DNA of 64,000 nt from positions 33,776 through 97,775 of the forward strand of contig JAJPHT010000007.1 of the NCBI GenBank assembly GCA_021325135.1. The letters are read 5' to 3'. The position numbers and the translations under genes were made by a program. Below are positions 27,555 through 36,480 of the stretch, piece after piece. Within the stretch, counting starts at the first letter, position 1, and each line of letters opens with the position of its first letter. This DNA is from Pseudomonadota bacterium (GTDB lineage Archaea > Thermoplasmatota > SW-10-69-26 > JACQPN01 > JAJPHT01). The notes beneath the pieces were generated by a model. The model ran no database searches. It had not been told where the DNA came from and saw only the letters and a list, made by a program, of their open reading frames with translations.

Positions 27555-29858
27555 CTAGCCGTGCCTGATTTCGAGGGTCTTGGCGAGGTCGATCCAGTTC
27601 CACCACTCGTCGGTCACGGCATAGAGCCCGTTGAAGTTTTGCTCGATCGAGTGCAGGGCCTTGACCCCTCCGTGGAAGGTGCTTTGGCTCGTGCATGAGC
27701 CGCCGGTTCCGGGGATGGCGGCGCATCCCCATTGGACGTTGAGGTCCATGCCCTCGTCGTGGCCGTAGATGTCCGTCTTTTGGAAGTAGACGTAATCCTG
27801 AGCCTGCGGGGACGTGCTGACGTCGTTCTGGACGACGTAGTCGGAGCATGCCGTTCCTTGGCAGGAGAAGAGTTGGGCCACGGCGGGGAGCCACTGGCCG
27901 TCCGGCACGAGCGCCAGGAAGTTGATCAGGTCCTGAATGGAGGGCCCGATTGCGGGAGCTTGCGATGCGCTCGCGCCGTCCCGGCTGAAGTCCGCGATCC
28001 CGTTGGGCGTCGTCTTCCAGAACTGGCTGCTCTGGGTGATGTCTCCCCGGATGATGCCAATCTCCGGGTTCTGGGTCCGGTAACACATGACCTGGACCCA
28101 ACTGGAGTCGAGCGGATGGCACATCGAGACGCCCGACGACCAGGCGTTGTTGCTAGACACGCCGTGGCCGGTCGTCATGGTGTACGTCTGCTGGTTCCCA
28201 GTGAGGGCGTTCTTGCCATAGAACTCGTAGTCGAAGCTCCACGCGGCGGGCTGGTCGATCGAGCGGTGTCCCGCGCAGTCGACCACGCCGCGGTCCACGC
28301 GCGAGAACTTGAAGAGGCCCCGGTCGTAGGCCTGGAAGTCGGAGACGGTCCGCGTGTTGTTGTCGCCGCCGTCCGTGTACGAAACCGGCGAGGGCGAGTT
28401 GCTACCGCAGGGAATCCAGTTGCGCGTGAAGCAGGCCTTCACCGTGCCAGGCAGCGGGTCGCCGAAGGCGCTCGTGGTGCAGGAAATGCTGCCGGAGACG
28501 CCGTCGCGCCAGTAGAACCGTCCGTTCGCGCCGAAGGCCACGTCTCTCGTGCCGCTGAAGCTGCACGTCCCGCTCTCGTTGGCGCAGAAGGCGTACCCCA
28601 TGGGACCCGTGGGCAGGGCGCTGGTCTTGGTGAAACACGCCTTCACGATCCCGTAGAGCGGGTCGCCGAAGAGGTCGTTGTTGCAGTCGATCCCCAGGTT
28701 GACGCCGTTGAGGTAGGTGAACGTCCCTTGCGCTCCGTAGGCAACGTCGCTCTTGCCCGAATAGCTGCAACGGTTGTTCTCCGAGGCGCAGTAGGAGTAC
28801 CCGGGGGGACCTGCAATGCGCGTGTAACACGCCTTGCCGACCCCGTAGAGGGGATCGCCGAAGACTGTGTTCGTGCAGTCGGTCCCGCCCGAGAGCGTGA
28901 GGCTGTTGAACGTCCCGTCGGCGCCATACTTCACGTCCGCGGGCCCCGTGAAGGTGCAGTGCTGGGGCTCGGGCACGCAGTAGGTGAAGCCCGCGGGCTC
29001 CCCGCTTCCGTCGGTGGCCTTCGTGTAACAGGCGTTGGTCGTCCCGGAGTTGGGATCGCCGAACACGTCGTTGCGGCAGCTTACGAAGTGGTCCACGCTG
29101 TGCTTGTAGAGGAAAGACGAGCCGGCGCCGTAGGCCACGTCCTTGAGGCCCGTGAACGTGCAGTCCGCGCCCTGGTCCGCGCAGTATGTGTAGCCGCTGG
29201 GCCCCGTGGGCGTCATGGGCGACGCGGTGGTGCGGTTCGTCCCGTTCCCAGCCGCGTCGTTGACCACGATGGTGTCGTTCTGCGGGGCTCGGCTCGTCGC
29301 GGCCACCGAGGAGAGCACCGCGGCCCCGAGCCCGGTTCCTGCGGCGGACGGTGCGAGCGCCGCAGGAGGGGCCAGGTCAAGGGGCGTGATGGGGAACTCG
29401 GCGACCGTGGCGCCGCTGAGCGGGTCGACAAGCTGCCAGAGCCCGGCCTGGTCGGGAATGACGTGCCAGAAGAGGTAGTAGTGGTCCGGCGCGTTCGACG
29501 CCCGCGTGTCGGTGAACTCGACGCCCGTCCTGCCCACGATTTGTCCGAGAGGGTTCACGAGTTGGAGGCTCTGGCGGGCGGGCGCCCCGTAGACGGCGAA
29601 GCTCTGCGCCTCCGAGAGAGAGTAGCCCACGAACTGAGGGCGTTCGCCGCCGAGGATCATGGTGGCGATGTGCCCCGAGTAGTGAAGCCCATCCGGCGCG
29701 TCGGGCGCGGCGTCTCGCGCGGGCGCCCCTGAGGCGCCCGTGGCGGGCGCGGGCTCCGCCGCGAGGGCCAGCGTCGGGGCCAGGAGGAGAAGGACGCTGA
29801 CGAGCGCCAGACGGGTCGTTCGCGGGCGTGTGCTGGATCGCGTAGTTGGCTCTTGCAT
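27555..29858 (-). CDS. Secreted protein with four Cys-rich FGDP repeats
   Basis: Signal peptide; four copies of GY.YCA.E...C.F.G..DVAYGA.G.F........C.N..FGDP..G..KAC. Confidence 0.85.
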   Translation of the reverse strand: MQEPTTRSSTRPRTTRLALVSVLLLLAPTLALAAEPAPATGASGAPARDAAPDAPDGLHYSGHIATMILGGERPQFVGYSLSEAQSFAVYGAPARQSLQLVNPLGQIVGRTGVEFTDTRASNAPDHYYLFWHVIPDQAGLWQLVDPLSGATVAEFPITPLDLAPPAALAPSAAGTGLGAAVLSSVAATSRAPQNDTIVVNDAAGNGTNRTTASPMTPTGPSGYTYCADQGADCTFTGLKDVAYGAGSSFLYKHSVDHFVSCRNDVFGDPNSGTTNACYTKATDGSGEPAGFTYCVPEPQHCTFTGPADVKYGADGTFNSLTLSGGTDCTNTVFGDPLYGVGKACYTRIAGPPGYSYCASENNRCSYSGKSDVAYGAQGTFTYLNGVNLGIDCNNDLFGDPLYGIVKACFTKTSALPTGPMGYAFCANESGTCSFSGTRDVAFGANGRFYWRDGVSGSISCTTSAFGDPLPGTVKACFTRNWIPCGSNSPSPVSYTDGGDNNTRTVSDFQAYDRGLFKFSRVDRGVVDCAGHRSIDQPAAWSFDYEFYGKNALTGNQQTYTMTTGHGVSSNNAWSSGVSMCHPLDSSWVQVMCYRTQNPEIGIIRGDITQSSQFWKTTPNGIADFSRDGASASQAPAIGPSIQDLINFLALVPDGQWLPAVAQLFSCQGTACSDYVVQNDVSTSPQAQDYVYFQKTDIYGHDEGMDLNVQWGCAAIPGTGGSCTSQSTFHGGVKALHSIEQNFNGLYAVTDEWWNWIDLAKTLEIRHG

Positions 29859-30189
29859 GGTGTTCGCCTCGGTGGTGAAGGCGAGTCCGCACAAACGCCC
29901 CATTGCGCGACTCCCCCAATCTCATAACAGAATGGGGGAGAGAAAGGTTCCGGAGAATTGTTGTGAAACCCCTGTGAAGTTGCGCGGCAATGGTTAGCAT
30001 GCCGCAGGCGAGTTTGGGGCGTGGCCGAGGCGAACTTGAGGCTTCCCCTCGGCGTTGTTTCCCCCTCGCTGGGGCGGCATGAATTCGCGCGGCCCGGGAG
30101 AAGGCCGCGGGGATGGCGCGGTGGCCCCTAGGTGCGGCTGGCTCCTCAGGGCCTGCGGGTGGGGCACCTCCAGGGTGTTAGGAGGTCCG

Positions 30190-30792
30190 TCAAGATGGGG
30201 CCTCTGTGAGGGTGAGGTTGCCTTGGAGGTGGTAGGGTTGATCCAGGGTGGCAGAGGCGTAGGCGGGAGGGGACGCGAGGTTGGCCTTCTCGATGAGCAG
30301 GACGAGCCCGCTCTTGGGGTCGTGGGGCGGAATCGCGCATTGGAGATGGAGCGGGCTGGGCCCCTTGGCGGAAATCCCGAGGAAGTGCCAATGCTCTGTC
30401 CCGTCAGAATCGGTGGTTCGGTTGAGGATGCCCGCCACGAGCGTTTGGCTCGTGGTGGACGTGGCGGTCCAGGAGAAGGTCAGATCGGCCCAGGTGTAGT
30501 TGCCCGGCGGGAAGAACGTGGTCGAGTAGTATTCTGTGGACGGGTAGTTCGCGCAGGGGAGGTTGGAGCCCAGGTCGGGGCAGAAGCTTGCGCTCTGGGG
30601 CACGGTGCCGTCGTGCGTGAGGTTGAGGTTGCGCTGCACAGGTGTCGCGGCGCCCGCGGCGGGGCGGTCCAGGGCCAAGCTCGCGGGCGCACGGGCGGGC
30701 TTCACGGGCGGCGTGGCGGGCGGGGTGAGGCAGCCCGCCATGAGGAGGGCGACGAGGAGGGCACAGAGGCGCAGGGTTCGGGATGGGATCAT
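30190..30792 (-). CDS. Putative lipoprotein
   Basis: LCALLVALLMAGC lipobox. Confidence 0.7.
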   Translation of the reverse strand: MIPSRTLRLCALLVALLMAGCLTPPATPPVKPARAPASLALDRPAAGAATPVQRNLNLTHDGTVPQSASFCPDLGSNLPCANYPSTEYYSTTFFPPGNYTWADLTFSWTATSTTSQTLVAGILNRTTDSDGTEHWHFLGISAKGPSPLHLQCAIPPHDPKSGLVLLIEKANLASPPAYASATLDQPYHLQGNLTLTEAPS

Positions 30793-31134
30793 GGGGTGGG
30801 TTCTCCGGGGAGTGAGAGCACGCGAAGCGAGGCCCCGAGGAAGGTGGCCGGGCGCCCCCTTGGTCGTCGCCCGGTCCCCGAGCATGAATGGACTCGGGGT
30901 GGTTCGGGGCCTCGCTTCGCTTTGGGTCATGGGGAGCCTCCGCGCCGTTCGCGGCGGCGTTGCGCGCGCTCCAGGGGCGAGGAGCCCCGCGGGCCTGGGG
31001 GGAGGCGGGCGCGTCGGCCGGGCGGCGGGATCGCGCGCTGGAGGCGTTCGTGGCGCGGAGCGTGGGGCAGGCGGAGCTGGGGGTGGCGACGAGCTGCGCA
31101 ACGACCGAACCCCCACACCACGCTTCACCAACCA

Positions 31135-31164
31135 CCGCATATGCGGTTTCTTCCGTATATGCGG
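31135..31164. promoter_or_regulatory. Tandem palindromic operator
   Basis: CCGCATATGCGG-TTTCTT-CCGTATATGCGG between divergent genes, upstream of the wHTH gene. Confidence 0.6.
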
Positions 31165-31177
31165 CGATAGCCGTCCT

Positions 31178-31555
31178 ATGAGCAAAAGCGTTTCGGGTGC
31201 CTTGCGAAGCAGCGCGCGGCGGGGCCAAACCGTGGTGGACGTGGAGGATGTTCTCAGCAAGGCCGCTTACGTCAAGGCGATCCTCGTCCATCGCGAGCAG
31301 CACCCCGAGCCCATGAGTGGCGGAAACTTCGCGGAGCGGATGGACTACAACAAGGAGGATGCCGGCAAGCGCCGCCGCGAACTGGAGGCCTTGGGCGTCC
31401 TTGTCCTGTGGAACGAAGACCTGGGCGACAACCGCATCCCCACGCTTCTTTCCCGCCTCACGCCCGAAGGTGTGCGCATTGGGGACGCGCTTCTCCAAGC
31501 CAACGAGGAGGCCGCGAAGGCGCGCAAGCGCAAGGAGCGCGAGAAGCACCGCTAA
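31178..31555 (+). CDS. Winged-helix (MarR-like) regulator
   Basis: HTH-like FAERMDYNKEDAGKRRRELEALGV, wing region, LTPEG. Confidence 0.6.
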   Translation: MSKSVSGALRSSARRGQTVVDVEDVLSKAAYVKAILVHREQHPEPMSGGNFAERMDYNKEDAGKRRRELEALGVLVLWNEDLGDNRIPTLLSRLTPEGVRIGDALLQANEEAAKARKRKEREKHR

Positions 31556-33048
31556 TAGTCGAAGTCCCGCGGCCACCCAAGCGTGGCCTGGCGCGCGAGC
31601 GCCGCGCGCAACGGCTCCGCCACGGCGGGCCAGGCGCGCAGGGGCGCAAAGCGCGGCTCCGTCGCGATCCACGCCAACACGCGCGGGTCCAACTGGCTCT
31701 TGCCCAACGCGAGGACGACCCAGCGCGCCGCGTCGTCCACCTCGCCCAACTGGAGCGCGCAGTCGGCCGCCTTCATCTCCGCCTCCCCGTCCACGAGGCC
31801 CCGCGAGGCGAGCGCAAAGCAGTCCCGCGCCTCGGCAGGCGATCCCAGGGCCTTCAGGAGCAAGCCCTCCTCGAAGTGGTACGCGCCCGACGAGACGAGC
31901 GCCAACGCGCGGCGGATGTGCTTCAACGCCTCCGCCAAGCTGCCCTCCTCCCGCGCATCCTGCGCCAACGCGGCGTGCTGCGCCGCGCGCCGGACGCGCC
32001 GCGGGCGCGGATGCACGCGCGCCCGACGCCGCCCAAGGACCGCCACCGCGCCGCCGGAGGCCACGACGGCGCCCGCGACGGCCAGCCCGATCCAGGCGGG
32101 GAGGCCCGCGAGGGCGGGGCCCGCGACAGGCGCGGGCCGGGCCAAGAGCGAGGTGGCGCGCACGTCGCCTTCGACATGGAGCGCCGCGGCGCGGCCATCC
32201 GGCGTCGTGACCGTGCCCGCCAACGCGCCCGCAACGGTCGCCACCTCCCCTGGCTGGGCAACGTAGCGCGCGCCGGGCGTGTCCATCTCGCCGCCCGTGG
32301 GCACGAACGCGAGGCTGGAGGAGGTAAAGCTGGCCGAGTCGCGGGCGGCCAGTTGCAACGCGGGCGAAGCGTCCAGCGCGAAGCGGCCCACGTCCCACGA
32401 GAGGTACACCCACCGGAGCGTTTCCTGCGCGGGGCCCGTGGGCTCGGCCCCGGTGTCAAACTCCGTCGTGTTCTCCGCCGCCACGATGCGGACGCGCGCG
32501 CCCAAGACCTTCAACGCGCCCGCCCCGTCGAACAGCACGCTACCGGCACCGTCGATATCGAAGTGCGGGCCCGTCACTCGTGCGTAATAGAACGGTTGGT
32601 CGGGCGCGTCCGTGCCCGCCCGCCCGTTCGGGATCATCGTGAGCGTGTTCGGGTGCAGGTTGGCCGAGCCCGAGGGCGTCATCGTCATGCGGCCGGCCGC
32701 ATCAGGGTAGAGCCCCGTCCAACCCCCGCGCAAGCTGGTGAGGGTCACGCTTGCGTCGTGGACCGTGAAGCTGCGTTGCTTGAGGGGGCCGACCTGCGCG
32801 CTGGTGGGGGGCAAGGGTCCAACGCTGAAGGCTGCGTCCTGCTGTTCGTAGGAGGTCACGCGCAGCAGGGGTGCCGAGAGGTTCGCGGGGTCGTGGCTGT
32901 CGGTGTAAAGGGCCTGGGCCGAGAAACCGAGCGTGGCTCTCGCGGAGAACGAGAGGTCGCCCGTCGTGGAGAAGTCGCCTCGCGCGCTGCTCGCGCTGGC
33001 CAGCGGCGCCAGCATGATCCCAACCAAGAGCAGCCCCCACGCCCGCAT
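31552..33048 (-). CDS. Single-pass membrane protein with extracellular beta domain and cytoplasmic TPR region
   Basis: Signal peptide, TM helix then basic stop-transfer, TPR-like helices (A..H...AL, EA..CF..A). Confidence 0.7.
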   Translation of the reverse strand: MRAWGLLLVGIMLAPLASASSARGDFSTTGDLSFSARATLGFSAQALYTDSHDPANLSAPLLRVTSYEQQDAAFSVGPLPPTSAQVGPLKQRSFTVHDASVTLTSLRGGWTGLYPDAAGRMTMTPSGSANLHPNTLTMIPNGRAGTDAPDQPFYYARVTGPHFDIDGAGSVLFDGAGALKVLGARVRIVAAENTTEFDTGAEPTGPAQETLRWVYLSWDVGRFALDASPALQLAARDSASFTSSSLAFVPTGGEMDTPGARYVAQPGEVATVAGALAGTVTTPDGRAAALHVEGDVRATSLLARPAPVAGPALAGLPAWIGLAVAGAVVASGGAVAVLGRRRARVHPRPRRVRRAAQHAALAQDAREEGSLAEALKHIRRALALVSSGAYHFEEGLLLKALGSPAEARDCFALASRGLVDGEAEMKAADCALQLGEVDDAARWVVLALGKSQLDPRVLAWIATEPRFAPLRAWPAVAEPLRAALARQATLGWPRDFDY

Positions 33049-33189
33049 GCTGTCGCTTGCCGCAGCGGTGCCTAACATGAAACCCTTTCCGTGCTTCTCA
33101 TGGAGATTTCCTGTGAAAGCGCGGCGGTCCGCGCTAACCCTGGGAATATGCTTATCTCCGCTCCTCTGAGTTCCAGCCCGAGGCTTCCC

Positions 33190-33639
33190 ATGATTCGCCC
33201 CGCAGTTCTCTTCGCCGCCATGCTGGCGTTGGTCGCGCCCAGCGCCAACGGCCTGGGCGCCCAGCCCTACGCCCCCACGGCGGTCTCGGCCGCCCTCGCG
33301 CAGAACGGCGCCGAGTTCGTCGCCTGGGCGCCCGGCTCTGCCCTGCCCGACTCTTTCAACGTGTACGGTATCGCGCAGAACGGCGCCCTGACCCTCCTCT
33401 TGACAGGCGTGGAGCAGCCCTCGGCCGCCGTGCCCCCGGGTTTCTTCACCTACGGCGTGGCCGGCGTGAAGGGGGGCGTGGAAAGTCAGGTCGTGCTCCC
33501 GACGGACGCCTGCATCCATATCAATACCGACCCGCCCGGCGCCGGAATCACGGACTGCCCGAAGTCTGCCGAAGGCAAGACCCGCCTGGGCACAATGCTC
33601 CCCCTTCCGTCAGGGCTTACGCCGCGGACTCCAGCGTGA
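33190..33639 (+). CDS. Secreted protein, FN3-like
   Basis: Signal peptide; P..V.A......V.W......FNVYG...YGVAGV.GGVES. Confidence 0.65.
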   Translation: MIRPAVLFAAMLALVAPSANGLGAQPYAPTAVSAALAQNGAEFVAWAPGSALPDSFNVYGIAQNGALTLLLTGVEQPSAAVPPGFFTYGVAGVKGGVESQVVLPTDACIHINTDPPGAGITDCPKSAEGKTRLGTMLPLPSGLTPRTPA

Positions 33640-33645
33640 CGCCGA

Positions 33646-34465
33646 GGGCGCTGCCCCCGGACCCCTGACCAGATGCAGGCCGAGTGGCAGGCGGCGCGCG
33701 AGGCCTATTGGCCTTGAGTCTCGTCGTGGGCACCCAAAGACAGGGCGAGTGCGTCTAGTCCCCCTCTCGACCGTTCCACGTGCGTCCAAGTCGAGAGGAC
33801 TCCGGGCCCGACGACGGACGAGCCGACCCCGAGCGGGGCTCTGCCCAGCACCCCGCCGGGGCTCACGCCCCGGACCCCACCACGATGGCGAGGGGCGCTG
33901 CCCCTCGCGCTCCCCGCCCAGGCGCTGCCGCCCTGGGAACCCGGCGGAGTCAACCCTCTGTCAGGCCGGCGAGGCCCGATGGGAGATGGGCCGGCGGAGG
34001 GAGGCCCGCCCTCCTCCACACGACGCCCGCCCCACTCAACGAGGCCGCGCAGGCAGAGGGGGGCGCGCTTGGTGGGGCCCAGAGCGGGGCTCCCGTCCTC
34101 GGACCCGGGGCCGGAACCGGAGGGGGAGGAGCCCGCGAGGCGGCTCCCCCTTCGGGGTGGGAGTCCAGCGGGGGCGGAGCCCCCGCGGGTGCGAGGAGAC
34201 GACCGGGGGCAAGGGAGAGGACGGGGGAAGGGACCTGCCCCCGAAGAAGGGCGGCATTCACGCGCACCGCGCGCACGCGCGCCGCGCACGCGCACGCGAG
34301 AAGCACGCGGAGCCGCCCGAAGCGGGGGCAGGAGCCCCCGCACCCCCACCGCCAGGAGGCGGAGCCTCCCGAACCCTCCACCACGCAGGGACCGGAGGCC
34401 CCCGCTCTCCCCCACCACTCAGGGGGAGGGCGCTCGGCGCCCCTCCCCTCCGACCCCCCCCCCGC
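33646..34465. repeat. Array of degenerate GGGGC-N-GCCCC-N-ACCCC palindromes
   Basis: Units near 33646, 33835, 33858, 33892, 34170, 34324, 34355, 34388; non-coding. Confidence 0.7.
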
Positions 34466-34630
34466 CCCCGTTTTCTCTGCAAGGGTCCCAGCCGGGCGCG
34501 GATTGGCAGGGCGACCGCGCGGGGAACGGCCCGAGCCACACGAGAATGCCAAGATCTCCACGAGGAAAACGGCGGGTCGATGGAATTATCTAGGCAGGAA
34601 GCATACGGGGGGATAGCACGGGGCAACTCC

Positions 34631-34679
34631 CCGGCACTAGTGCCTTTTCCCGGCTCCGGGGGCGCAGCCCCCTGACGTC
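34631..34679. other. attR: GGCAC-N2-GTGCC palindrome, core and half REP arm
   Basis: CCGGCACTAGTGCC TTTT CCCGGCTCC GGGGGCG CAGCCCCCTGACGTC. Confidence 0.75.
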
Positions 34680-34685
34680 GTCTCG

Positions 34686-34838
34686 TCGTTCGGCCGCGCC
34701 GCAGCGCGGCCAAAATGGGGGGTTTCAGGGGAGCTCGCCCCCTGACGTGAAGGAGAAGTCCAGCAGACGACCGAGACGTCAGGGGGCTGCGCCCCCCGAA
34801 CCCCCCGCGGGTAGCGGCGCTGCGGCGCCGCCGAACGA
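34686..34838. repeat. REP-like palindromic dyad, copy 1
   Basis: Two inverted arms around a CCAGCAGACG spacer; homologous to 47351-47467. Confidence 0.85.
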
Positions 34839-34846
34839 TGGGGGCC

Positions 34847-36070
34847 TCAGAACAAACGGGCCTGCTTCTTCGGCGAGAACCCCACGATGGGCTCCAGGAC
34901 GGGGTCCTCGCGGAGCACCGCCTTGGTCTCGTCCAGGGGCACGCTCATCTGGATCTCCTTGGTGCGGCCGTAGCGCCCCTTGGAGATGACGCGCGCCTGG
35001 AGGATGCCCAGCATGTCCAGCTCCGAGATGAGGTCCGTCACGCGGCGCTGCGTGAGCACGTCCATGTGGGCGGCTTGGCAGAGCTCCCGGTAGGTGTCGT
35101 AGACCTCGCCGGTGGTGAGCCCCTTCGTGCCGTCCTCCTCTCCGAGGATGGTGGCGAGGAGCACGAGCTTGCTCTGCGTGGGCAGCGTGCGCACGACCTC
35201 GGTGACGCGGTCCAGCTCGATCTTGTTCTGCGCCTTGCGGACGTACTTCTCCGAGATGGTCTTCTGGCCCTCGCGCTCCGCCAGCTCGGCGGCGACGCGC
35301 AGCAGGTCCAGCGCGCGGCGGGCGTCGCCGTGCTCCTGGGCCGCCAGCGCGGCGCACAGGGGGATGACGCTGGCCTCCAGCGAGTCCTCCTTGAACGCGA
35401 CGGCGGCGCGCTGGCGCAGGATGTCCTGCAGCTGCACGGCGTCGTAGGGCGGGAAGATCACTTCCTCCTCGCCCAGGCTGCTCTTCACGCGCGGGTCGAG
35501 GAACTCGGTGAACTTCAGGTCGTTCGAGATGCCGATGACGCTGACCTTGGCGCGCTTCAGGTCGTCGTTGATGCGGCTCAGGTTGTAGAGCACGTCGTCG
35601 CCGGCCTTGAACACCAGCTTGTCGATCTCGTCGAGGACGATGATGCAGGCGCCGTCCTTCTCGTCGATCTTCTTCTTCAGCTTGTCATAGACTTCGTCGG
35701 TGGGCCAGCCCGTGAAGGGGATGCGGTCGTTCCAGTCCTCGATGAAGTGGTTGGCGATGTGCGTCAGCACGCGGTACTGCGTGTCGACCAGCTCGCAGTT
35801 GATGTAGATGAAGAAGACCGCGCGGTCCTTCTCCTGGCCCGTGCGCTGGAGCTCCTTGCCCACGAAGCGCGTCACGGCGGTCTTCCCGGTGCCCGTCTTG
35901 CCGTAGATGAACACGTTGCTGGGCGTCTCGCCGCGCAGCGCCGCGACCAGGATGGTCGCCAGCTGGTTGATCTGCGCCTGGCGGTGAGGCAGCTCTTCCG
36001 GCGTGTAGCTCGGGCGGAGCACCTCCTTGTTCCTGAACATTGGCTCCGATCGGAGCAGCGAATCGAACAA
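34847..36070 (-). CDS. cdc6: Orc1/Cdc6 replication initiator
   Basis: Y.PEELPHR, GKTGTGKT, LDEIDKL, F.PY, GDARRAL, C-terminal wHTH with SKGRYGRT; start uncertain. Confidence 0.97.
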   Translation of the reverse strand: MFDSLLRSEPMFRNKEVLRPSYTPEELPHRQAQINQLATILVAALRGETPSNVFIYGKTGTGKTAVTRFVGKELQRTGQEKDRAVFFIYINCELVDTQYRVLTHIANHFIEDWNDRIPFTGWPTDEVYDKLKKKIDEKDGACIIVLDEIDKLVFKAGDDVLYNLSRINDDLKRAKVSVIGISNDLKFTEFLDPRVKSSLGEEEVIFPPYDAVQLQDILRQRAAVAFKEDSLEASVIPLCAALAAQEHGDARRALDLLRVAAELAEREGQKTISEKYVRKAQNKIELDRVTEVVRTLPTQSKLVLLATILGEEDGTKGLTTGEVYDTYRELCQAAHMDVLTQRRVTDLISELDMLGILQARVISKGRYGRTKEIQMSVPLDETKAVLREDPVLEPIVGFSPKKQARLF

Positions 36071-36199
36071 CCCATCCCTTGTCGTAGTCGGTCCCTCCAG
36101 TCTCCATCCCGCTCAGCGGGGCATCCCATCCGCGCAGAGCGTCCGCTCGGCGACAGAATGCAAGAAGCGGGCACGCACCCCGCGGACCCCGTCCGCGGT

Positions 36200-36445
36200 T
36201 CCTCCCCCAGGAGGCACGCAACCGTTTCAGTGGTTGCACCAGTACCACAGGGTCATGTAAATAGATTTCGAGCTTCCACGGAGAATGCGGTTTTCCCCGA
36301 GAAAATTCGAGCCCGACCCCCCCATTTCCACTCGACGCTCCGAGTAGGCCGCGCCGGAACGTGACAGGTACGCCTCGCGCGGCGAGAATGCGCGCGCCGC
36401 CGCTCGCCTGCGCACACGCTTTGCCCATTTCCACAGCAACCGCGC
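36200..36445. other. Putative replication origin (ORB/mini-ORB boxes)
   Basis: Minus strand GTCGAGTGGAAATGGGGG and GTTGCTGTGGAAATGGGC, CCACTGAAACGG; plus strand TTCCACGGAGAATG; AT-rich core; upstream of cdc6. Confidence 0.65.
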
Positions 36446-36480
36446 TTCCCGGTTGCGAGTACGTTCGGGGCGCATCGCGC

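Larger units (their letters stand above)
20647..34657. mobile_element. Tyrosine-recombinase integrative element inserted in a REP-like repeat
   Basis: Integrase near the left end; GGGGGCG direct repeat at 20640-20646 and 34658-34664; imperfect inverted ends; flanks rejoin into an exact repeat arm; visibly more AT-rich codon use inside. Confidence 0.8.

Noticed and set aside
20647-34657. Provirus or conjugative element
   Set aside because: No recognisable capsid, packaging ATPase, VirB4, relaxase or Rep gene; a very divergent one cannot be excluded.
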